A stretch of 24,000 bases of DNA from an uncultured Alphaproteobacteria bacterium (GCA_963823045.1 CAWGKA010000009.1:189437-213436), one strand, 5' to 3'; positions 10,779-19,881 are shown, counted from the first letter of the stretch. Translations and numbers: made by a program. The notes: generated by a model not told the origin, from the letters alone.

Positions 10779-11096
10779 ATGCCAACTAAAGTTACCGACG
10801 GTTCGTTCGAGCAGGACGTGCTGAATTCAGCCGAGCCTGTCGTGGTCGATTTCTGGGCGGAGTGGTGCGGCCCCTGTCACGCCATCGCACCGGCGCTCGA
10901 GGAGCTCGCCACCGAGCTCGACGGCAAGGTGACCATCGCCAAGCTGAATATCGACGAGAACCCGCAGACGGCGATCCGCTACGGCGTTCGCTCGATCCCG
11001 ACGCTGATCATGTTCAAGAACGGCGAGCCGATGGCGATGCAGGTCGGCGCCGCGCCGAAGAGCCGCCTTTCGGATTGGATTCACAAAGCCATCTAG
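10779..11096 (+). CDS. trxA: Thioredoxin, canonical WCGPC active site
   Basis: 105 aa: [84 protein letters not shown]... Confidence 0.96.
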   Translation: MPTKVTDGSFEQDVLNSAEPVVVDFWAEWCGPCHAIAPALEELATELDGKVTIAKLNIDENPQTAIRYGVRSIPTLIMFKNGEPMAMQVGAAPKSRLSDWIHKAI

Positions 11097-11122
11097 GACC
11101 AATGTCCTCGTTTGCTGGAAGA

Positions 11123-11149
11123 GGCCGCGCCTTCGGGCGCGGCCTTTTT
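11123..11149 (+). terminator. Rho-independent terminator downstream of the first thioredoxin
   Basis: GGCCGCGCC - TTCG - GGCGCGGCC followed by TTTTT: perfect 9-bp stem, UUCG tetraloop, U5 tract. Confidence 0.92.
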
Positions 11150-11229
11150 CATGGGCAATGCCGGGCGTTGACGGTTTCGACCGGCGGCTCCTACGCTTGC
11201 TTCCCGATTCGCTAGCCAAGGCCCCAATC

Positions 11230-11547
11230 ATGACAGCGGAAGTCACTGACGGTTCGTTCGAGCAGGACGTCCTCAACTCGGCCGGCCCAGTAGTGGTCGA
11301 CTTCTGGGCGCAATGGTGCCCGCCCTGCCACGCCATCGCACCGGCGCTGGAAGAACTCGCCGGCGAGCTCGAAGGCCAGGTGACGATCGCCAAGCTCAAC
11401 ACCGACGACAATCCGCGCGTCGCCAGCACCTATGGCATCCGCTCGATCCCGACGCTGATCATGTTCAAGAACGGCGAGCCGACGGCGATGCATGTCGGCG
11501 CGGCGCCGAAGAGCAAACTCTCCGACTGGATCCGCAAGGCGATCTGA
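11230..11547 (+). CDS. Second, tandem thioredoxin with WCPPC active site
   Basis: 105 aa: [84 protein letters not shown]...; same length and about 81% identical (85/105 by hand) to the upstream copy. Confidence 0.94.
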   Translation: MTAEVTDGSFEQDVLNSAGPVVVDFWAQWCPPCHAIAPALEELAGELEGQVTIAKLNTDDNPRVASTYGIRSIPTLIMFKNGEPTAMHVGAAPKSKLSDWIRKAI

Positions 11548-11554
11548 TTGCCGC

Positions 11555-12841
11555 CTATTGCGGCGGCGTGCCGTTGAGATCGAGCACGAGGCCGGCCAGG
11601 TAGAGCGATCCGCAGATGAGCACGCGAGGCTCGGGCGTCTCGGCGCGCTCGGCGATGCCGGCGAGCGCCGCCTCGACCGAGGGCGCGGTGCGGGCATCGA
11701 TGCCCGAAGCCGTGGCGGCGGCGACGATCTCATCGGGCGTGTATCCGGCGTGGCCGGGAACCGGCACGGCGGTCAGCGAACGGACGAGGCCGGCAAAAGG
11801 CTCCAGGAACGCCGCGGGGTGCTTGGTGTCGATCATGCCCATGATGAGGTGAAGCGGCCGCCGGGCACGATCCTCCAGGTCAGCCATGACCTCCGCGACA
11901 ACGGCTGCGGCGCCGGCATTGTGTCCGCCATCGAGCCAAATCTCGCCGATGCGGTCCTTCACCGGATCAACGAGCCGACCCGACGAAAGGCGCTGCATCC
12001 GCGCCGGCCAATCGGCGTTCTGGAGGCCGTGCTCGATCGCCTCCACCGGAACGTCGAGATCGGTGACGCGGAGCGCCGCAATCGCGCTCCCGGCATTGGC
12101 GAATTGATGGCGGCCGATGAGCCGCGGCGGCGGCAAGTCGAGCAGCCCATCCTCGTCCTGATAGACGAGCCGGCCGCGTTCCGAATAGGCCTGCCAATCC
12201 CGGTTGGCGATCGCCATCGGCGCGTTCTGCGCGGCGGCAACGTGCTCCAGCACGGCGAGAGCTTCTTCCATTTGCGGGCCGATGATCACAGGCCGGCCGG
12301 GCTTGATGATGCCGGCCTTCTCGCCCGCGATCTCGCTGATCGTGTTGCCGAGGAATCGTTCATGGTCGATGGCGATCGGCGTGATCACCGCGACAAGCGG
12401 ATCGTCGATGACATTGGTGGCGTCGAGACGGCCGCCGAGGCCGACTTCAAGAAGGGCGACGTCGGCTGAGATGTCTGCGAAGATCTGGAACGCGGCGGCC
12501 GTCGTGATCTCGAAATGGGTGATCGGCTCGCCATTGTTGATGCGTTCGACGCGAAGCAGTGCCTCGACCAGCGTGTCGTCGTCGATGAAATGCGAGCCGC
12601 CGAAAGCGCCGACACGGATGCGCTCGTGAAAGCGGACGAGATGCGGCGAGGTGTAGGTATGCACGCGCTTGCCATCGGCTTCCAGAATGGCGCGCAGATA
12701 CGCCGTCACCGAGCCCTTGCCGTTGGTGCCGGCGACATGGATCACCGGCGGCAGGCGACGTTCGGGATGGCCCAACGCCGCGAGCAGGCGACGGACACGA
12801 TCGAGCGATAGGTCGATCTCCTGCGGATGCAGCGACAGCAT
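11555..12841 (-). CDS. folC: Bifunctional folylpolyglutamate synthase / dihydrofolate synthase
   Basis: Intact 428-aa ORF: 'RVRRLLAALGHPERRLPPVIHVAGTNGKGSVTAYLRAILEADGKRVHTYTSPHLVRFHERIR', 'LLEVGLGGRLDATNVI', 'WLDGGHNAGAAA', 'CGSLYLAG'. Confidence 0.96.
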   Translation of the reverse strand: MLSLHPQEIDLSLDRVRRLLAALGHPERRLPPVIHVAGTNGKGSVTAYLRAILEADGKRVHTYTSPHLVRFHERIRVGAFGGSHFIDDDTLVEALLRVERINNGEPITHFEITTAAAFQIFADISADVALLEVGLGGRLDATNVIDDPLVAVITPIAIDHERFLGNTISEIAGEKAGIIKPGRPVIIGPQMEEALAVLEHVAAAQNAPMAIANRDWQAYSERGRLVYQDEDGLLDLPPPRLIGRHQFANAGSAIAALRVTDLDVPVEAIEHGLQNADWPARMQRLSSGRLVDPVKDRIGEIWLDGGHNAGAAAVVAEVMADLEDRARRPLHLIMGMIDTKHPAAFLEPFAGLVRSLTAVPVPGHAGYTPDEIVAAATASGIDARTAPSVEAALAGIAERAETPEPRVLICGSLYLAGLVLDLNGTPPQ

Positions 12842-12899
12842 CCGATTGAGGATGGGCGGTGGAGCGGTCCAACGCGTCAGCTTTCCGGAAGAAATCCGA

Positions 12900-13874
12900 T
12901 CAGGCTTGAGGCTGCTCGGCGCCGTCGCCCGCCGGAACGGTCTCGACCTTCTCGGCGATCGGCGGCTCCGGCAGCGCCTTCTGGTGACCGATCCCCTTGC
13001 CGTTTCCGATCGTGCCTTCGAAATCGGCGTGGGTCGTCAGCAGTCGGCAGATACGGGCGATGACTTCGCGCAGATTGTGGCGATGCACGACCATATCGAT
13101 CATGCCGTGGTCGCGGAGATATTCGGCGCGCTGGAAGCCGTCGGGCAGCTTCTCGCGGATCGTCTGCTCGATGACGCGCGGACCGGCGAAGCCGATGAGC
13201 GCGCCGGGCTCGGCGATGTGGATGTCGCCCAGCATCGCATAGGACGCCGTGACGCCGCCGGTGGTTGGATTGGTGAGGACGACGATGAAGGGCAGCCCCT
13301 CCTCGCGAAGCCGCTGCACGGCAATCGTCGTGCGCGGCATCTGCATGAGCGAGAGGATGCCTTCCTGCATGCGCGCTCCGCCCGAGGCGGCGTACATCAC
13401 GAAAGGCTGGCGACGCTCGCGGGCGGCGTCGAGGCCGGTGATCACCGCCTGACCGGCGGCCATGCCGAGCGAGCCGCCCATGAAGGAGAAGTCCTGCACG
13501 GCCGAGACCATGGCGACGCCCTCAACCGTTCCGGCGCCGACGAGGATGGCGTCGGTCATGGCGGTCTTGGCGCGGGCGTCCTTGAGGCGGTCGGTATAGC
13601 GGCGCTCGTCGCGGAACTTCAGCGGATCGAGCGGTACCTCGGGCAGCGGGATATCCTCCCAGACGCCGTCATCGAAGAAATAGTCGAGGCGCGCCCGTGC
13701 GCCCATGCGCATGTGGTAGCCCGATGCCGGCACGACGAAATGGTTCTTTTCGAGGTCGCGGTGGAAGACCATCTCGCCGGTCTCCGGATCCTTGATCCAG
13801 AGATTCTCGGGCACCTCACGCTTGTTGAGGATGCCTTTCAGCTTCGGCCGGACAATGTTGTTGATCCAGTTCAA
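12900..13874 (-). CDS. accD: Acetyl-CoA carboxylase carboxyltransferase subunit beta
   Basis: Intact ORF '[57 protein letters not shown]...[19 protein letters not shown]...[11 protein letters not shown]...[17 protein letters not shown]...[53 protein letters not shown]'. Confidence 0.96.
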   Translation of the reverse strand: MNWINNIVRPKLKGILNKREVPENLWIKDPETGEMVFHRDLEKNHFVVPASGYHMRMGARARLDYFFDDGVWEDIPLPEVPLDPLKFRDERRYTDRLKDARAKTAMTDAILVGAGTVEGVAMVSAVQDFSFMGGSLGMAAGQAVITGLDAARERRQPFVMYAASGGARMQEGILSLMQMPRTTIAVQRLREEGLPFIVVLTNPTTGGVTASYAMLGDIHIAEPGALIGFAGPRVIEQTIREKLPDGFQRAEYLRDHGMIDMVVHRHNLREVIARICRLLTTHADFEGTIGNGKGIGHQKALPEPPIAEKVETVPAGDGAEQPQA

Positions 13875-13931
13875 GAGCGATCCTTCATCAGACAGGCTGG
13901 CCTGACAGGCCGTATTCCGTCGCCGAGCAGT

Positions 13932-14783
13932 TTAACCCGCAGTCTCGGCCCGCGCCAAACGCGTGCCCTCGGCGAGGCTGGCCACGAGGTCGCAAACGGC
14001 AGAAACCGTGGACTTTGTTGCCTTGTTGTCGGCGTCGAGCGTGCCCGCGATGGCGTTGACGATGGCCGAGCCGACGACCACGCCGTCCGACACCGCGCCG
14101 ATGGCGGCCACCTGTTCGGCCGTCTTGACGCCGAAACCGACGGCAACCGGCAGATGGGTGTGGCGCTTGATGCGTTCAACCGCCGCGACCACCTTCGCCG
14201 TGTCGGGCGCTGCGGTGCCGGTGATGCCGAGGATCGAGACGTAATAGACGAAGCCGGAGGTGTTGGTGAGGACGCGCGGCAAGCGCCTGTCGTCCGTCGT
14301 CGGCGTCGCCAGACGAATGAAGTTGATCTCGCGGGCAATGGCCGGCAGGCAGAGCTCGTCATCGGCCTCCGGCGGCAAATCGACGATGATCAGGCCATCG
14401 ACGCCTGCCGACTTGGCGTCGTCGAGGAAGCGCTCGTTTCCGTAGGAATAGATCGGATTGTAATAGCCCATGAGGACGAGCGGCGTCGTCTTGTCCTCGC
14501 GGCGGAAGGCGCGGACCATCTCCAGCGTCTTCACCATCGTCTCGCCGCTCTTCAGCGCCCGCTCCGAAGCGCGCTGGATCGGCGGGCCTTCGGCCATCGG
14601 ATCGGAGAAGGGCATGCCGAGCTCGATGACATCGGCGCCGGCCGAAGGCAGGCTCTTCAGGATTGCGAGCGAGGTGTCGTAGTCCGGGTCGCCGGCGGTG
14701 ATGAAGGTCACAAGCGCCGGCCGCTTGGCGGCGGCCGTTTCGGCGAAACGCTTGTCGATACGGGTTTGAGCTGATTGGGTCAC
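13932..14783 (-). CDS. trpA: Tryptophan synthase alpha subunit (GTG start proposed at 14783; the ORF stays open upstream)
   Basis: '[67 protein letters not shown]...', '[12 protein letters not shown]', '[14 protein letters not shown]-like', '[15 protein letters not shown]', '[10 protein letters not shown]'. Confidence 0.94.
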   Translation of the reverse strand: MTQSAQTRIDKRFAETAAAKRPALVTFITAGDPDYDTSLAILKSLPSAGADVIELGMPFSDPMAEGPPIQRASERALKSGETMVKTLEMVRAFRREDKTTPLVLMGYYNPIYSYGNERFLDDAKSAGVDGLIIVDLPPEADDELCLPAIAREINFIRLATPTTDDRRLPRVLTNTSGFVYYVSILGITGTAAPDTAKVVAAVERIKRHTHLPVAVGFGVKTAEQVAAIGAVSDGVVVGSAIVNAIAGTLDADNKATKSTVSAVCDLVASLAEGTRLARAETAG

Positions 14784-15188
14784 GATGGCTGCGCTCGGCT
14801 GGTCTTGTGGAATGCGAGTTCTGCGTTTCGCGCCGCCAGTTCCGACCTGAACGGCAATTGTCTCAAGGCAGCCGGCAAGATCTTCCAGGACGTCGGAATT
14901 CCAGAACCGGATGGCTGTGAAACCTTGTGTTTCGAGCCAATTATCCCGCGTGGCGTCACGCGCATTGTCCGCATGTTGCGAGCCATCGACTTCCACGACC
15001 AACTTGGCTTTGAGGCAGGCGAAGTCCGCGATGTAGGGTCCGATCGGCGTTTGCTTACGCCAATGCGCGCCCCATGCGGGTGCGGCTTCGCGTATCCCTC
15101 GCCACAGTATCCGCTCTGCGTCGGTGAGATCTCGTCGCAGCCGTTTCGAGCGAATACGAGTGACCCGCGAGACGTTGGAATGCGGCAT
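14784..15188 (-). CDS. DUF559 / Vsr-like PD-(D/E)XK endonuclease domain protein, open and in frame with trpA
   Basis: '[111 protein letters not shown]' matches the typical DUF559 pattern (LTDAE..LW...R......FRRQ.PIGPYI.DFAC...KLV.E.DG.QH.......D..R...L...G....RFWN..V). No stop before TrpA. Confidence 0.85.
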
Positions 15189-15200
15189 TGCTCCAGTAAC

Positions 15201-15238
15201 GCCCCTCCCCTAACCCCTCCCCACAAGGGGGAGGGGAA
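15201..15238. repeat. C-rich palindromic intergenic repeat, copy A
   Basis: GCCCCTCCCCTAACCCCTCCCCACAAGGGGGAGGGGAA with perfect 9-bp arms CCCCTCCCC (15214-15222) / GGGGAGGGG (15228-15236). Confidence 0.85.
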
Positions 15239-15275
15239 CAGTAGCACATCGCGTTGTAACGACGTGCTGTTCCCG
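15233..15275. repeat. Interrupted inverted repeat between the two C-rich palindromes
   Basis: GGGGAACAGtaGCAC ... GTGCTGTTCCC: arms pair apart from a 2-nt bulge, with a small internal palindrome CGTTGTAACG. Confidence 0.6.
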
Positions 15276-15310
15276 CTGACGGCGAATTCGGTCGTGCGGG
15301 GTCTTGCATT

Positions 15311-15345
15311 CCCTCCCCCCTTGTGGGGGAGGGATAGGGAGGGGG
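15311..15345. repeat. C-rich palindromic repeat, copy B, inverted relative to copy A
   Basis: CCCTCCCCCCTTGTGGGGGAGGGATAGGGAGGGGG; its reverse complement CCCCCTCCCTATCCCTCCCCCACAAGGGGGGAGGG closely matches copy A. Confidence 0.85.
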
Positions 15346-15357
15346 TCTTCGCAACCA

Positions 15358-16572
15358 TCACAGTTCGAAGCCGAGGCGCTTGGCGACGGTGAAGACATCC
15401 TTGTCGCCGCGGCCGCAGAGATTCATCAGGATGATCTGGTCCTTCGCCATGGTCGGGGCGAGCTTGATGACATGCGCCAGCGCATGGGACGGCTCGAGCG
15501 CCGGGATGATGCCTTCGAGCCTGGTCAGCAGCTGGAAGGCGTCGAGCGCCTCGGTATCCGTCGCCGGAACATAGGTGACGCGGCCGGTATCCTTCAGCCA
15601 GGAATGCTCTGGGCCGACGCCTGGGTAGTCGAGGCCGGCCGAGATTGAATGGCCCTCGAGGATCTGCCCGTCGTCGTTCTGCAGGAGATAGGTGCGGTTG
15701 CCGTGGAGGACGCCCGGGCGGCCGCCCGTCATCGACGCGGCATGGCCGTTGTCGACGTCGAGGCCGTAGCCGCCGGCTTCGACGCCGAAGAGCGCGACCT
15801 CGCGATCGTCAAGGAACGGGTGGAAGAGGCCGATGGCGTTCGAGCCGCCGCCGATGCAGGCGACGGCCGCGTCAGGCAGACGGCCCTCGCGCGCCATCAT
15901 CTGCTCTTTCGCCTCGATGCCGATCACCGACTGGAAGTTCCGCACCATCTCCGGATAGGGATGCGGGCCGGCGGCGGTGCCGATGAGGTAGTAGGTGTCC
16001 TCGACATTGGTGACCCAGTCGCGGAGCGCCTCGTTCATGGCGTCCTTGAGCGTGCCGTTGCCGGCGGAAACCGGCTTCAGCTCGGCGCCGAGGAGCTTCA
16101 TGCGGAAGACGTTGGGCGCCTGCCGCTCGACGTCGGTCTCGCCCATATAGATGACGCAGGGCAGGCCGAATCGGGCGGCGACCGTCGCGGTGGCGACGCC
16201 ATGCTGGCCGGCGCCTGTCTCGGCGATGATCCGCGTCTTGCCCATGCGCCGGGCGAGGAGGATCTGGCCGAGGCAGTTGTTGATCTTGTGGCTGCCGGTG
16301 TGATTGAGCTCGTCGCGCTTGAAGTAGATCTTGGCGCCACCGAGATGCTCGGTCAGCCGCTCGGCGAAATAGAGCGGGCTCGGCCGGCCGGCATAGTGCT
16401 CAAGCAGGTCGTCGAGTTCGGCCTGGAAGGACGGATCGGCCTTCGCCGCCTCATAGGCCTCGTCCAGTTCGAGGATCAGCGGCATCAGCGTTTCGGCAAC
16501 GAAACGGCCGCCATAGAGGCCGAAGAAACCGCGCTCGTCCGGACCCGAGCGGAAGGTGTTGGCGACATTCAT
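15358..16572 (-). CDS. trpB: Tryptophan synthase beta subunit
   Basis: Intact 404-aa ORF: '[24 protein letters not shown]', '[62 protein letters not shown]', '[16 protein letters not shown]', '[10 protein letters not shown]'. Confidence 0.97.
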   Translation of the reverse strand: MNVANTFRSGPDERGFFGLYGGRFVAETLMPLILELDEAYEAAKADPSFQAELDDLLEHYAGRPSPLYFAERLTEHLGGAKIYFKRDELNHTGSHKINNCLGQILLARRMGKTRIIAETGAGQHGVATATVAARFGLPCVIYMGETDVERQAPNVFRMKLLGAELKPVSAGNGTLKDAMNEALRDWVTNVEDTYYLIGTAAGPHPYPEMVRNFQSVIGIEAKEQMMAREGRLPDAAVACIGGGSNAIGLFHPFLDDREVALFGVEAGGYGLDVDNGHAASMTGGRPGVLHGNRTYLLQNDDGQILEGHSISAGLDYPGVGPEHSWLKDTGRVTYVPATDTEALDAFQLLTRLEGIIPALEPSHALAHVIKLAPTMAKDQIILMNLCGRGDKDVFTVAKRLGFEL

Positions 16573-17237
16573 GGCAGCGTCTCCAGGGAAGTCTCGGCGG
16601 CAAGGCGCGCGGCGGCGACAAAGGCGCGGATGAGATCGGGGTCCTTGCGGCCCGGCGCCGTCTCGACGCCGGACGAAACGTCGACCGCCGCGGGTCGCGC
16701 GACGGCGATCGCCTCGGCGACATTGCCGGGATTGAGGCCGCCGGACAGCATGAACGGGCGATCCGCCTGCGCACCTTCGAGGATATTCCAGTCGAACGGT
16801 ACGCCATGACCGCCCGTGCGCGTGGCACCGACGGGTGGCCTTGCGTCGAAGAGGATCATGTCGGCAACGGAACGATAGTCCTCAGCGGCGGCGAGATCGG
16901 ATGGCTCGGAAACCGGCAGCGCCTTCAGCACGCGCCGGCCATAGCGCTTGGCAATCGCAGCCGTGCGCTCCGGCGTCTCGTGACCGTGCAACTGCAACCA
17001 ATCCGGCCGGACCGTTTCGACGATGTCATCTAGCACCGCGTCGTCGGCGTCGGACGTGAGCGCCACCGTCTCGGCGCGACCGGCGACACGCTGGCGCAGC
17101 CCAGCAGCACGGGTGGTGCCGACATAGCGCGGGCTTGCCGGATGGAAGACGAGGCCGATCATATCGGCGCCGGCATCCAGCGCCGCGTCGAGCGTCTCTT
17201 CAGTCGACAGACCGCAGATTTTGACAAGCATCGTCAT
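16569..17237 (-). CDS. trpF: Phosphoribosylanthranilate isomerase
   Basis: '[39 protein letters not shown]', '[12 protein letters not shown]', 'LFDARPP...[12 protein letters not shown]', '[16 protein letters not shown]', '[16 protein letters not shown]'; ATGA overlap with the trpB start. Confidence 0.95.
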   Translation of the reverse strand: MTMLVKICGLSTEETLDAALDAGADMIGLVFHPASPRYVGTTRAAGLRQRVAGRAETVALTSDADDAVLDDIVETVRPDWLQLHGHETPERTAAIAKRYGRRVLKALPVSEPSDLAAAEDYRSVADMILFDARPPVGATRTGGHGVPFDWNILEGAQADRPFMLSGGLNPGNVAEAIAVARPAAVDVSSGVETAPGRKDPDLIRAFVAAARLAAETSLETLP

Positions 17238-17302
17238 GGGCGGTGCTTTGGCACGATTGCCGCCCGATTGTCCACGAGGAGAAGGGCTAGGGCGTCGGCG
17301 CG

Positions 17303-17642
17303 TCAGGCGACGGGCTGGCGATCCGCAGGCAGCGGCAGCGACGTCGTGGCGCTGCGCGCGTGGTCGCGGTCGCGCTTCAGGCGTTCGATTTCGGCGTGAT
17401 CCTGTCGCGCCGCGCGGCGCCATTTCGGCTTGGCCGATCCAGGTGGCAACACCGCCGATGAGGACGCCGATGGCAACCGCGGCGAAGAGAAGCCAATAAA
17501 GCGGGATCTGGAAGGAAAGGGCCGGATCTTCGCCGCCGAATGGATCGATCGAGAAAGTGACGGAGCCGCGATTGGCGACCGACAGCGCGACGATCACGGC
17601 TACGATCGGAATGAGCAGAATGAGCTTGATCGCTCGTTTCAT
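17303..17642 (-). CDS. LapA-domain (DUF1049) small membrane protein, with one apparent extra base
   Basis: 'MKRAIKLILLIPIVAVIVALSVANRGSVTFSIDPFGG...QIPLYWLLFAAVAIGVLIGGVATWIGQ' continues in the neighbouring frame as 'KWRRAARQDHAEIERLKRDRDHARSATTSLPLPADRQPVA*'. Span is 340 nt, i.e. 3n+1. Confidence 0.75.
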
Positions 17643-17654
17643 GGCACCCGACGG

Positions 17655-17939
17655 CTAGCTGCCGTTGTTGAGCCGCTCGCGCATTTCCTTGCCGGTCTTG
17701 AAGAACGGCACATGCTTCTCGTCGACTTGGACACGCGCGCCGGTGCGCGGATTGCGGCCAGTGCGCGCCGGACGGCTCTTCACGGAGAAGGCACCGAAGC
17801 CGCGCAGCTCCACACGATCGCCCTGCGCCAGGGCTTCCGTGATGGCATCAAGGATAGCGTTGACGATGTGCTCGACATCCCGCTGATACAGATGCGGGTT
17901 TTCCGCGGCGATCGCTTGAACCAGTTCCGACTTGATCAT
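17655..17939 (-). CDS. ihfB: Integration host factor beta subunit
   Basis: '[91 protein letters not shown]', canonical IhfB. Confidence 0.96.
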   Translation of the reverse strand: MIKSELVQAIAAENPHLYQRDVEHIVNAILDAITEALAQGDRVELRGFGAFSVKSRPARTGRNPRTGARVQVDEKHVPFFKTGKEMRERLNNGS

Positions 17940-18112
17940 CGAGCGGCCCCCTCGTCTCTGATCACCAAGATCAAAGCTAACCAAAGGGGGCCGTGCAGCG
18001 TCAAGCATAAGACGCGGCGACAGCGAAGTTTTTTCCGATGGCGACAAGGATGCGACACTCGCCGGTGTCGAGCGGCGCCGCCCGCGGGGCGACGCCGCCA
18101 ATCAGTGTTCGA

Positions 18113-19881
18113 CTACTTGTCTTCGTCGTCCGATGCTTCGTCCGGCCCCGGCTCCTTCGGCGGCTGTCGGCGCACGTCGCCGTCCTCGACGCGCCTTCAA
18201 TGCGGCGCCGAGGATATCGCCGAGCGATGCGCCGGAGTTGGTGGAGCCGTATTGCGCAACGGCTTCCTTCTCCTCGGCGATCTCGAGTGCCTTGATCGAC
18301 ACGGAGACCTTGCGGGCCTTCTTGTCGAAATTGGTGACGCGGGCGTCGAACTTCTCACCCGGAGCAAAACGCTCCGGACGCTGATCGGCGCGGTCGCGGG
18401 CAAGATCGGCGCGGCGGATGAAGGCGGTGAGATCGGTCTCGGCAATCTTGACCTCGAGGCCGGTCTCCTTGACCTCGACGACCTCGCAGGTGACGACCGA
18501 ACCCTTCCGGATCTCGCCGGCGTCAACGAAGGGATCGCCGCTCAGCTGCTTGATGCCGAGTGAGATGCGCTCCTTCTCGACGTCGACGTCGAGCACCTTG
18601 GCGCGGACCTGATCGCCGCGCTCATAGTCCTCGATCGCGACTTCGCCCGGGCGGTTCCAGTCGAGGTCCGACAGATGGACCATGCCGTCGATATCGCCCT
18701 CAAGGCCGATGAAGAGACCGAACTCGGTCTTGTTCTTGACCTCGCCCTCGACCTCGGAGTCGACCGGATGCGCCTCGGCAAAGGCCTCCCACGGATTGGG
18801 CAGGGTTTGCTTCAGGCCGAGCGAGATGCGGCGCTTCACCGGATCGACTTCGAGCACCATCACCTCGACCTCCTGGCTGGTCGAGACGATCTTGCCCGGG
18901 TGGACGTTCTTCTTCGTCCAGGACATCTCGGAGACGTGGATCAGGCCTTCGATGCCCGGCTCCAGTTCGACGAAAGCGCCATAGTCGGTGATGTTGGTGA
19001 CGCGGCCGGTGAACTTGGTGCCGACCGGATATTTGGCCTCGATGCCGTCCCACGGATCGGCTTCGAGCTGCTTCATGCCGAGGCTGATACGGTGCGTCTC
19101 CTGATTGACGCGAATGACCTGGACCTTGACGGTCTGGCCGATCGACAGAACCTCGGACGGATGGTTGATGCGGCGCCAGGCGATGTCGGTGACATGCAGC
19201 AGGCCGTCGATGCCGCCGAGATCGACGAACGCACCATAGTCGGTGATGTTCTTGACCACGCCGTCGACGACCTGACCCTCTTCGAGGCTCTGCACCAGTT
19301 CCGAACGCTGCTCGGCGCGCGTCTCTTCCAGAACGGTACGGCGGGACACGACGATGTTGCCGCGCCGCTTGTCCATCTTGAGGATCTGGAAGGGCTGCGG
19401 CGTATGCATCAGCGGCGTGACGTCGCGAACCGGACGGATGTCCACCTGGCTGCGCGGCAGGAAGGCAACGGCGCCGTCGAGATCGACGGTGAAGCCGCCC
19501 TTGACCTGATTGAAGATCTGGCCGGTGACCTTCTCGTTCTTCTCGAAGGACTGCTCGAGACGGGTCCAGCTTTCCTCGCGCTTGCGCCTTTTCGCGCGAC
19601 AGCATCGCCTCACCGAGCGCGTTCTCGACGCGCTCAAGGTAAACCTCGACCTCGTCGCCGACCTTGATCGTCGGCGCTTCGCCAGGGGCCGTGAATTCCT
19701 TCAGCGGCACACGACCTTCGGTCTTCAAACCGACGTCGATGACAGCGAGATCCTTCTCGATGGCAACGACGGTGCCCTTGATTACGCTGCCTTCGACCAG
19801 ATCGTCGGCCTTGAAGGTCTCGTCGAGAAGGGCGGCGAAATCCTCCCTGGTCGGTGTCTGTACGCTGGTTGCGCTCATCAA
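18113..19881 (-). CDS. rpsA: 30S ribosomal protein S1, with two apparent single-base insertions
   Basis: Repeated S1 domains ('GQIFNQVKGGFTVDLDGAVAFLPRSQVDIRP', 'ITDYGAFVDLGGIDGLLHVTDIAWRRINHPSEVL', 'ITDYGAFVELEPGIEGLIHVSEMSW'). N-terminus MSATSVQTPTREDFAALLDETF... in frame of ORF 18700..19881, then shifts. Span 1769 nt = 3n+2. Confidence 0.93.

Noticed and set aside
11550-11567. Bidirectional terminator between trx2 and folC (GCCGCC/GGCGGC)
   Set aside because: Only 5-6 bp of stem, overlaps the folC stop, no flanking T-tracts.
12669-14774. 701-aa plus-strand ORF
   Set aside because: It lies opposite folC, accD and trpA, whose minus-strand products match strongly. Long antisense ORFs are expected in GC-rich coding DNA and this one shows no recognisable domain.
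15201-15345. CRISPR-like array
   Set aside because: Only two inverted, not direct, palindromic units with no regular spacers; better described as REP-like repeats.
15649-16809. 386-aa plus-strand ORF
   Set aside because: Antisense to the well-conserved trpB and part of trpF; no motifs of its own.
16569-17642. LapA-TrpF fusion protein
   Set aside because: A single extra base explains it; the adjacent frame gives a proper LapA C-terminus and stop, and TrpF has its own start.
17430-19667. Two long plus-strand ORFs (17430..18563, 18675..19667)
   Set aside because: Antisense to rpsA, ihfB and lapA; repetitive look reflects the S1 repeats on the other strand.
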